Source of the DNA: Candidatus Woesearchaeota archaeon
GTDB lineage: Archaea; Nanobdellota; Nanobdellia; Pacearchaeales; GW2011-AR1
Reading direction: 5' to 3'
Assembly: GCA_964502865.1 (NCBI GenBank)
Contig: CAZCXX010000002.1
Span: forward strand, 1-35,533
DNA length: 35,533 nt
Shown here: positions 7,899 through 14,750 of the stretch, one piece after another
Position numbering within the stretch: the first letter of the stretch is position 1
Layout of the letters: the number at the start of each line of letters is the position of its first letter
Made by a program: the position numbers and the translations under genes
Notes under the pieces: model-generated
Seen by the model: only the letters and a program-made list of their open reading frames with translations
Database searches by the model: none
Told to the model about the DNA's origin: nothing

Positions 7899-8120
7899 TC
7901 CACCAAAAAGAAGATTTGTTATTTAAATATGCCGGATTGACATTCCTTTTCTTTTTCAACTTTATTTTCTAACGTGGAGAGATATCCTTTCAGTTTTTCA
8001 TTTTTTTAAAAGAAAATTGTTTTTGGTTTATATGGCAGACAAAAAAATAGCCTCAGTAAATAAGGAGCGCCGTAGGCGCGACGCGCCCGACATGGAGATT
8101 TTGCCATTGGAAAAGAGGGA

Positions 8121-8333
8121 GTGAAAGTGCGCTTAAGGGTGATTAGGCGAAACTGACTTCTGTAGATTATTTTTTAAGAAACAATAGTTCGATAAACATG
8201 CACTCTTCTTTCTTCCGCTCCGCTTAAATCATGTCGTAGAAAATAACGCTCACGCGTTTAATCCGATTTAAAAGAAATTACCGAGAAATACTAAAAGAAA
8301 TTTGTTTTCCCGCCCAATAGGAGAAATTGTTGC
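8121..8333. repeat. Left arm of a degenerate long inverted repeat flanking ORF 8384..8668
   Basis: Seven collinear blocks have reverse-complement partners in 8699..8905: GTGAAAGT, GTGATTAGGCG, CTGACTTCTG, CATGCACTCTT, AATTACCGAG, AGAAATTTGTT, GAGAAATTGTTGC. Confidence 0.75.
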
Positions 8334-8383
8334 AAGACTATCTCAATCACAAAATATAAAAAGGTAAACTTTGTAGATTAAGT

Positions 8384-8668
8384 ATGTATAGCAAGACGGC
8401 AATCATTTCTCTTATTATCGGAATAATGACTATTGTTTCAATACCAGTTATGCATTTATACGGAGGTTTTATAATTCCAGATTTTCCAGAAGAGATGTCT
8501 TTATTTTCATTTTTGGGTGTAATATTAGCAATTGTCTCTTTTTTTATAATTAAGAAAAAAGATTTAGAAGGTTTATGGGTTGCTGTGTTTAGTGCGATAT
8601 TAAATCTAGGGGCGATACTTATCCACTTTTATTTTCAGTCCTTTAAAATAGGGCTTAATGTTTCATAA
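8384..8668 (+). CDS. Small membrane protein (about 3 TM helices)
   Basis: The 94-aa ORF is strongly hydrophobic. AATATAAAAA (8353-8362) lies about 22 nt upstream of the ATG. The gene sits between the inverted arms. Confidence 0.55.
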   Translation: MYSKTAIISLIIGIMTIVSIPVMHLYGGFIIPDFPEEMSLFSFLGVILAIVSFFIIKKKDLEGLWVAVFSAILNLGAILIHFYFQSFKIGLNVS

Positions 8669-8698
8669 AAACTTGTAGCTCACACGAAAAACGAAGAC

Positions 8699-8905
8699 GC
8701 AACAATTTCTCGGATTAAAATTTCCCACCCTAACAAATTTCTAAAAAGCTCGGTAATTACGCTCCAGAAAAGAGTGCATGCAGAAGTCAGCTCACGAGAG
8801 CTTTCGGAGCTAGCTCACGTTCCTTTGGAACCGCCTAATCACGAGCAAACGGCCGATTACTTACTTTATCCTAAAGTATTTCCTGCGTGGAAATCATACT
8901 TTCAC
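8699..8905. repeat. Right arm of the degenerate long inverted repeat
   Basis: Partner blocks occur in mirrored order: GCAACAATTTCTC (8699-8711), AACAAATTTCT (8732-8742), CTCGGTAATT (8749-8758), AAGAGTGCATG (8770-8780), CAGAAGTCAG (8781-8790), CGCCTAATCAC (8832-8842), ACTTTCAC (8898-8905). Confidence 0.75.
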
Positions 8906-9074
8906 CCAACTTCCAGCGCAGATTAATTAGAGGGAACGCTTATTTCTATTGGAATTGACATCCCAAGTTGTTTTAGAACTCTCTTGAGAATTTCCTCTTT
9001 TGCTCGCTTTTTGAAACTAAGTATTCCTATGCTTTTAATCTCTTGCGTTTCTCTATCTTTAGTAATTATAAATA

Positions 9075-9686
9075 TCACTTGAAGATCTCTCCTGTTTCAT
9101 GGCTCCAAAAAAGGAGGTCGAGGTGGTCGAGAGGGATGTTGATTTTTTGAGAGAAGGAAAGGAATTGTTTTTCTAATTCGAGGTAGTGGGCTTTGTTTTT
9201 TATTCTTAAATCAGAGGGAGAGATGACTTTCAATTTAGCGAGGTTACGGAGGATGTGGCGATCGAGTATGGCGACTTGGTTGTCGCTACAGCCTATATTG
9301 CGGAGAAAATGGCCTGCTTCTTTAAGGCCGTAGCCGTTAATGTTTTCAGCCAGCCAGTTGCGGAGGAAGAGGCGATCTGTGTCTTGAAGGCGTTTTTGGA
9401 CGTCAGGCCAAAGAGCGAGATTTTTGAGGATGTAAGAGGCCTTATTTTTATGGAAACGTGTACGAGTTTGGAGGATCGGAATGAGCGCTTGTTTGGTGAT
9501 GAGGTGGAGTTTGACTATTTCTTCAACGGCGGACCAACACCGATGAGCGTTGCTCTGGGGAGTAAGTGTACAAAATAGAAATTCGTGAAAGTGTTGTTCT
9601 GGAGAGAGTTTTTTGAATGATGCTAGTTTTGTTGTAATTACTTGCTTACATTTGGAGTAATGTGCACGTAATTCTTCTTTTTTCAT
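9075..9686 (-). CDS. ogg: 8-oxoguanine DNA glycosylase / AP lyase, archaeal Ogg2 type (HhH-GPD)
   Basis: The 203-aa protein contains FCTLTPQSNA, GYGLKEAGHFLRNIG and AILDRHIL, which are the catalytic Lys and Asp context of Ogg2 enzymes. Confidence 0.8.
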   Translation of the reverse strand: MKKEELRAHYSKCKQVITTKLASFKKLSPEQHFHEFLFCTLTPQSNAHRCWSAVEEIVKLHLITKQALIPILQTRTRFHKNKASYILKNLALWPDVQKRLQDTDRLFLRNWLAENINGYGLKEAGHFLRNIGCSDNQVAILDRHILRNLAKLKVISPSDLRIKNKAHYLELEKQFLSFSQKINIPLDHLDLLFWSHETGEIFK

Positions 9687-9716
9687 ACGCGGAAGAACAC
9701 TTAGGAGTTTAAAGAA

Positions 9717-9906
9717 CTATAGTGGAAGACCTAAGTCCTTCCCCTAATAGCAGACGACACATCAAGAATTATCGAGGCTTCAATTCTTGACTGCGCTCAA
9801 GGACTTCGAGAATATGCTTATTCTCGACAGTGATCAAGAATTGGTAAATTCTTGACATTAGCAAATCCTTGACGGAACGGGGAGAAACTTATGTCGTCTG
9901 CTATAG
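9717..9906 (+). repeat. Hairpin-repeat family A, copy 1 (longest, doubly nested)
   Basis: CTATAGTGGAAGACCTAAGTCCTTCCCCTAATAGCAGACGACA...[internal hairpin modules]...GGGGAGAAACTTATGTCGTCTGCTATAG. The ends match the copies at 18230, 23895 and 29681. Confidence 0.9.
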
Positions 9907-9914
9907 CGTATTTT

Positions 9915-11615
9915 TTAGATCAAACCTGCTTTGTGATGATTTTTAAGAAGTGATTTAACATGATGGACATCATCTATTTCATACGCAAAGTGATGTCCTA
10001 CTTTTGAGCCATGGCGGCGAGGTTTGTATTCAATCCAATATTTTTCAGGAGCAATTACCTGGGGAACGGGTAACACGAGGACCGGCTTTTTCTTTAGACT
10101 TTGAACTGGCGAGGTATTTGGATTTGGCGCAGCGCTCTGGGCAAGGGCTTCTGCTTCTTGTGCAACTTGTTCTTCCGCTATCTCGGCTTGCAATGCAATT
10201 TCCTCTTCAGTTGGTTTTGGTGGATGTATTTTTTCCCAGGTGGCGCTCGCAGTTTCCTTTACAGATTCATAATATTCTCGAGGATGGATCTTAGGAATAT
10301 GGTCAGTTACAGTATGTACATACTCACTTACTGGAAATTCCGAGATGTTCTCTTTTATGCGCTCATAATAGAGCAGAGGGTGAAATTTTGGAAGATGGAG
10401 TGCACGTCGGAGACGGGACGCACTGATCTGTGGATGAGGGAGATGGACTGACTTGATGTGCACGTCAGGGAGTTTAAGTTGCGGCAGATTTACATTTACA
10501 TCAGGCAATCGTAGTACGGGCAATTTTTCAATTAAATTATTTTTTTTTATGATACGAGCGCTTTTGTAAATCCTGTTCTTTAGGGCGGCGGTGGGAATCG
10601 TGTTTTTGATTCTATTGATAAGAGTGGAGAGCTTAATGCGAGGTCCATGGTTATCGTGAATGTTTATATGGGGAAGGGCAACTTTGGGAAGTTCCAAGTG
10701 ATGTAAGTGCACTGTGGAAAGCGAGAGGTGCTTTACATTGATTGGTGAGACCATCACACTCGAGAATTCCGGAAGTTTCAGTTCAGGCCAGTGTATTTGA
10801 GGGAGATGATGTACAGCATGTGGTGACGACGTTTCTTTTGAGAGAAGCAGTTGTCTCGCAGGTTTATTCGGCAGTTGAACACGTGTAAATACTTTAGTTG
10901 GGCGGATATTCTTGAGCTTATCGATAACCGATCGGACTTTATTTCTAAAGTTTTTCAGGTCTATCGTCGGAATATGGAACATGGGCTGAGTGGATGGCGG
11001 CAGTTGTGGGCTAACAGACATTAGTTTGTCAGCAAGTGCTTCCTGTTTCTGAATTGCTTTGGGATTTCTTTGTAATCGAAGTGCTTCTTTTTCCGCACGT
11101 TTTCGTGCTACATCTTCGATTATAAGTTTTTTGAAGTCAATTAGCAACTCGTGCATTTGTAGATCTTCGAGGGGTTTTCCTGAGTACGCGTATTCAATCA
11201 CTTTTTTCAGGATATTTGATGCAGAAGTCTGTTCTTTTTTTTCAAGTTGCAGTATCATCTCTGCGTAGGGTAATCTTTTCCCGACCTTGTATTCTTTAGA
11301 GAAATATTTACGAACTATGATGTCCATAACGTATAGTTTGTTAACCGCATCATCTTTACTAGAAATAAGCTGATTCAGTTCATCGATTAATTCGAGTTTT
11401 GGCGGTGGACCTTGGGCAAGTGTTGTTACCAGCCTTTCTTGTGGGGCAGGTTCTTTCTTAAAAAAACGGATGATTGTGGGAAATGGATTTAATGAATGTT
11501 CTTCCTGAACCGCCCCAGGAGTAATTTCTAATGCCTCAGGTTTTTTACTTTTTTTTAATTCGTGCTTTGCTTTAGCATGAGTAGCGTGCGACGCACGAAC
11601 CCTCTTTTTTTTCAT
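9915..11615 (-). CDS. Hypothetical protein with internal short LP-rich repeats
   Basis: ORF 9915..11672. I prefer the start at MKKKRVRAS (ATG 11613-11615), with TTTTTATAC about 20 nt upstream. It has a basic N-terminus and repeated (K/R)LP(D/E)(V/F)-type motifs (LRLPDVNVNLPQLKLPDVHIKSVHLP; LKLPEF...LELPKVALP). No known family. Confidence 0.6.
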   Translation of the reverse strand: MKKKRVRASHATHAKAKHELKKSKKPEALEITPGAVQEEHSLNPFPTIIRFFKKEPAPQERLVTTLAQGPPPKLELIDELNQLISSKDDAVNKLYVMDIIVRKYFSKEYKVGKRLPYAEMILQLEKKEQTSASNILKKVIEYAYSGKPLEDLQMHELLIDFKKLIIEDVARKRAEKEALRLQRNPKAIQKQEALADKLMSVSPQLPPSTQPMFHIPTIDLKNFRNKVRSVIDKLKNIRPTKVFTRVQLPNKPARQLLLSKETSSPHAVHHLPQIHWPELKLPEFSSVMVSPINVKHLSLSTVHLHHLELPKVALPHINIHDNHGPRIKLSTLINRIKNTIPTAALKNRIYKSARIIKKNNLIEKLPVLRLPDVNVNLPQLKLPDVHIKSVHLPHPQISASRLRRALHLPKFHPLLYYERIKENISEFPVSEYVHTVTDHIPKIHPREYYESVKETASATWEKIHPPKPTEEEIALQAEIAEEQVAQEAEALAQSAAPNPNTSPVQSLKKKPVLVLPVPQVIAPEKYWIEYKPRRHGSKVGHHFAYEIDDVHHVKSLLKNHHKAGLI

Positions 11616-11680
11616 AGGTGAAGGAGGGCACGCATGTATAAAAACATATCGAGGAGGTGTGTTGTCCCGCACTTAACCCT

Positions 11681-11924
11681 AAAGAAATCCTCTATCTTTA
11701 GATAGGGGTTTAATTTTGTAGAGGATTTCTTTGGTCTCACAAAACCACAAACAAACCTCGGCTTTTAAGCCGAGGTTAAAACCCGAAGGGTTTTGTGATA
11801 ACCGCAAGGCTGAGAGAAATTCCTGCCACGAGTATAGAGAACTGCGTAGGATAGATTACATTTTGTACGCATTTCTCTAATAGATAACTGCAGAACCATG
11901 TCATGCATCCCATGCAGTTATCTA
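11681..11924. repeat. Cluster of four TAG...CTA-type hairpins (unique stems)
   Basis: AAAGAAATCCTCTA/TAGAGGATTTCTTT; CACAAAACC/GGTTTTGTG enclosing CCTCGGCTT-TTAA-AGCCGAGG; TAGAGAA(C)TGCGTA/TACGCATTTCTCTA; TAGATAACTGCA/TGCAGTTATCTA. The junctions read TATAG, CTAATAG and CTATAA. Confidence 0.8.
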
Positions 11925-11949
11925 TAACGAAAGATCTTTACATAGATTT

Positions 11950-12648
11950 TTACCTGCGCCTTTGTTGGGAAGGCTGCGGTGAGGGGGCTTTTGGTTTCTT
12001 CTGAATTACAAACCGTGTACCGACAAATTCAGATAGAACGGCAGTGATAATGATGTCGCCAATCGCTGCTTTAAAAACGCCGCTTGAGTTGAGCGGAATC
12101 TTAGTTCGCGAAGATACTTCCCGGATAATTCCAGAAATTTCATCAGTTGAAAAGTGCACTGGTGTACTTTGAACAAACGAGCCTCGAGCGATCATGATGG
12201 GCATGCCCGGACCGGAACACTCTATGGTCGTAATTGTTGGATCAGTTAGTAAAGGTTGAATTCGAGAAAGGCTTGGCAGTGAAACGAGCCAAGATTTAGC
12301 TTGAGGCGCTAGGTAGACTTTTGGCGGCGGAGGTCGTTGCTTGAGGAAAATTGGATGCATCCCGTATGGGAGTGGCTGGTGTGAGCCTCCTGTAGGAAAT
12401 GGGCGGAATGATGTCATGGGCCGAAGCGCATTTAGAGCACTTCCCTTGCTCGTCTGTGTCAGTGCGGCAGATGCTATTGAATTTATATTCTTAGATTCGG
12501 TATCTAGAGAGGACATCGTAGGTTTTTGCTCATCTATATCAAGCTTTGCTGTTGAGCGTAATGAAGGGCGAATTGGCGAAGCGTGCAGGATCACTTCTCG
12601 CATAAACTGTTGCAAAAATATTTTTCTGAGGTCTTTTGTGGCACTCAT
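11950..12648 (-). CDS. Stand-alone N-terminal domain of a FlaI/VirB11/GspE-type secretion ATPase (no ATPase core)
   Basis: ORF 11950..12696. I prefer the start at MSATKDL (ATG 12646-12648), one nt after the upstream stop. The segment IQPLLTDPTITTIECSGPG...VHFSTDEISGIIREVSSRTKIPLNSSG...GTRFVIQKK matches the domain that precedes Walker A in these ATPases. The protein ends right after it. Confidence 0.6.
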   Translation of the reverse strand: MSATKDLRKIFLQQFMREVILHASPIRPSLRSTAKLDIDEQKPTMSSLDTESKNINSIASAALTQTSKGSALNALRPMTSFRPFPTGGSHQPLPYGMHPIFLKQRPPPPKVYLAPQAKSWLVSLPSLSRIQPLLTDPTITTIECSGPGMPIMIARGSFVQSTPVHFSTDEISGIIREVSSRTKIPLNSSGVFKAAIGDIIITAVLSEFVGTRFVIQKKPKAPSPQPSQQRRR

Positions 12649-12649
12649 C

Positions 12650-13081
12650 TTAGAACCGTGGCAGCGGCTTTGTAGGCGTTGACGGCGTATAATCATCTTG
12701 TTCTTTTGGTTCTGCAGGAGTTACCGTGCGCTGTGGGGCACCAAACATACGTTCACGAACACGTTCTTCTACGAGCGTGAGTGCCTTTGCAATCGTTTTA
12801 TTTTGTTCCAAGAGCTTATCAACTTTGTCGAGAAACTCTCTGTCTTTCTCGGCAACTTGGTTTGCAGGGTGTTCTCCAAAGCTGCGGGCTGCTTTTTCAA
12901 AGAGTGCGAGAAGCTGCGTAATCTGTTCAGCAAGTTTATCGAATTTTTCTGCTAGGTTCGTATGAACTTTTTGTAATTCAACTAAATTTTCAAGAATTTT
13001 ATGTTCAAGAGAAAAGTCTTTCTTTTCTGGAGGCGAAGGAGATGCTTCTACTTGGCGCTCATCAGCCTTCTTTTTTACCAT
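12650..13081 (-). CDS. Coiled-coil protein, hypothetical
   Basis: The 143-aa protein has heptad-like helical content (ENLVELQKVHTNLAEKFDKLAEQITQLLALFEKAA...) and is co-transcribed with 11950..12648. Confidence 0.55.
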   Translation of the reverse strand: MVKKKADERQVEASPSPPEKKDFSLEHKILENLVELQKVHTNLAEKFDKLAEQITQLLALFEKAARSFGEHPANQVAEKDREFLDKVDKLLEQNKTIAKALTLVEERVRERMFGAPQRTVTPAEPKEQDDYTPSTPTKPLPRF

Positions 13082-13159
13082 GCATAGATGATGGGTATTT
13101 TGTTTATAAAGGTTTGTAGGAAAAGCTTAAAACATCGTGTTGCGGTCTTCTAGGTTGTA

Positions 13160-13244
13160 GGATCTGTAGTTTCAATGGTAAAATGTTCGGCTCCAGAAGT
13201 TGTGGAGCAACCGAAAGTCGAGGGTTCGATTCCCTCCAGGTCCA
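13160..13244 (+). tRNA. tRNA-Trp(CCA) with a 13-nt intron (about 13197..13209)
   Basis: GGATCTG TA GTTT CAATGGTA AAAT G TTCGG CTCCAG[AAGTTGTGGAGCA]A CCGAA AGTC GAGGG TTCGATT CCCTC CAGGTCC A. The intron TGGAG pairs with the anticodon-loop CTCCA, as in BHB substrates. Confidence 0.85.
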
Positions 13245-13257
13245 TGCCATTTGCATT

Positions 13258-13444
13258 TATAGGAAATCACTTTAATAATCGTAATATTCTAACGTGATTT
13301 CCTATCTAGCAAACAACAAAAAAGCTACGAAAATTAATGTTGTTTGCTATAAGGAGAATTATAGGAAAAGAAATTAATTTTCGTATCTTTCTTTTCCTAT
13401 CTATCGAGTGAAAAACTTCCGAAAACTTATTTCCCTCGATATAG
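13258..13444 (+). repeat. Hairpin-repeat family B, copy 2
   Basis: TATAGGAAATCAC[22 nt]GTGATTTCCTATC; TAGCAAACAACA[19 nt]TGTTGTTTGCTA; ATAGGAAAAGAAA[14 nt]TTTCTTTTCCTAT; TATCGAG-TGAAA...ATTTC-CCTCGATATAG. It starts 13 nt after tRNA-Trp. Confidence 0.85.
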
Positions 13445-13515
13445 ATAGCCAGCCGCAGCAAGCTGCTGAGTATTGGACTCAAAATGGAATAAAAACAAAA
13501 AATTAATCTACGTCT

Positions 13516-13857
13516 TTACTTGCGTGCAAGATTAAAGACGTGTTTGATAGCAACGATAATCGTTGCTGGGACGAAGATTGCAAGCAATGCTTGGAAAATG
13601 TCGTTGACTGCATCTGGTGCTCCTTGCAATGATCTTCCCCCAAACTCTGCTGCGATAATAAGTACTGCACCTGCGATCAAAAACGGCGATACTTCTTCAT
13701 CAGCGATATTGAGGAGACCAACAATTAATCCAATGAGCATCAAAACCGTCAGAATAGTTCCGTTGGCTTCTCCGAGCGCTCCAAGGACAATTGCAAGGAC
13801 AACACCTATCAGGAAAGCCCAGCTTCCGATAAGGTTGCCTTTTTCACCTTTGGCCAT
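13516..13857 (-). CDS. Small integral membrane protein (about 4 TM helices)
   Basis: The 113-aa ORF is hydrophobic. A Shine-Dalgarno-like GGAGGT lies 5 nt upstream of the ATG. Confidence 0.6.
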   Translation of the reverse strand: MAKGEKGNLIGSWAFLIGVVLAIVLGALGEANGTILTVLMLIGLIVGLLNIADEEVSPFLIAGAVLIIAAEFGGRSLQGAPDAVNDIFQALLAIFVPATIIVAIKHVFNLARK

Positions 13858-13966
13858 AATAACCTCCTTTCATCATAAACCTAACTATGCCTATTTTACG
13901 TAGACAGTGTTTAAATAGGTTTCGACGTCGATTCTATAGACACCAAGGCCCGGTATATGGAAGAGA

Positions 13967-14026
13967 GTTTGAGCAATAAAGAATCCCAATCGCAGCAAGC
14001 TGCAGGGTATTCTTTAAGCCTCAAAC
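13967..14026 (+). repeat. Repeat family D copy (nested hairpin around CGCAGCAAGCTGC)
   Basis: GTTTGAG-CAA-TAAAGAAT-CCCAAT-CGCAGCAAGCTGC-AGGG-TATTCTTTA-AGC-CTCAAAC. The core also occurs at 13454-13466 and 18363-18375. Confidence 0.7.
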
Positions 14027-14071
14027 TGAGGAAGACGCACCAAGGTGCGGAGTATTTAACCCAATTTGAAA

Positions 14072-14749
14072 TCAAGGTATCTTTTTCATCACTTCAATTT
14101 CCTCATACGAAATGGCGCTTCCCTTACTTTTTGTTGCATAGAGTGCTGCTTCAAGCGCTTGTTTTCCCGTTACCCCTAGCACTCCTTTTTTATGCGCAAC
14201 GTACACGAGCTCAGATGAACGAATAAACTGATGCCCTCTGAATTCTGATAGGTCGCTGGCCGTAACTTTTGCCCATTGATGCATACGATCGCTAATGAGC
14301 CTTTCGAGCATATGGGGATTTTCGCACAACGTGCGTGTTGTGCGCTCATCGATTGCAATCAGTGTTTCAATTCCTTGTTCTTTTAGCATTGATGAAAGAG
14401 CGATACAGGAGATTTCTGCTTCACTCACAATATCAACCCAATTATCATTTACTTGAATGATGTGATTTGCTTTTTCAAGCAAGATGCTCGTGAGCTGCTC
14501 AAGTTCTTCATTGTTAATCTTGAATGCTTCGGGAAGTTCAAGAACTCCTCGTTGCATGAGCTGTCGCACGCGTAATGCTCCCAGTTCAAAACGCTGTACT
14601 TTCATTGGTCGATCGATCGTTTCATATTTGACCGGCAAGGTAATTATAAATTTCCCGTCAAATTTACTTTTTAGACTATCGAGAATATCGAGCAAACCGT
14701 TCATCGAGAGATTAATGAGTGTTCCTGAATCGAAGATGAGTGCTTTCAT
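14072..14749 (-). CDS. PIN-like domain protein, hypothetical
   Basis: The 225-aa protein has an N-terminal ALIFDSGTLINL, then SEAE and AIDERT acidic motifs spaced as in PIN-like nucleases. Its start lies one nt after the stop of 14751..15302. Confidence 0.45.
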   Translation of the reverse strand: MKALIFDSGTLINLSMNGLLDILDSLKSKFDGKFIITLPVKYETIDRPMKVQRFELGALRVRQLMQRGVLELPEAFKINNEELEQLTSILLEKANHIIQVNDNWVDIVSEAEISCIALSSMLKEQGIETLIAIDERTTRTLCENPHMLERLISDRMHQWAKVTASDLSEFRGHQFIRSSELVYVAHKKGVLGVTGKQALEAALYATKSKGSAISYEEIEVMKKIP

Positions 14750-14750
14750 G

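Noticed and set aside
7624-7959. ORF 7624..7959 (-), 111 aa, and 7716..7940 (+)
   Set aside because: They are alternative-frame or antisense overlaps of pyrH, whose frame has clear family motifs.
8923-9078. A 51-codon minus-strand frame ending ...KKRAKEEILKRVLKQLGMSIPIEISVPSN*, faintly reminiscent of a HicA C-terminus
   Set aside because: It is below a sensible size threshold, has only a GTG start overlapping the ogg stop, and the resemblance is weak. It could be a gene remnant but is not supportable.
13957-14226. ORFs spanning repeat DNA (13957..14226 +, 18286..18612 -, 18305..18487 -, 23899..24099 +, 29767..29985 -, 29800..30093 +)
   Set aside because: Each is made largely of family A or D repeat sequence or tRNA-Ser, or is antisense to a supported gene.
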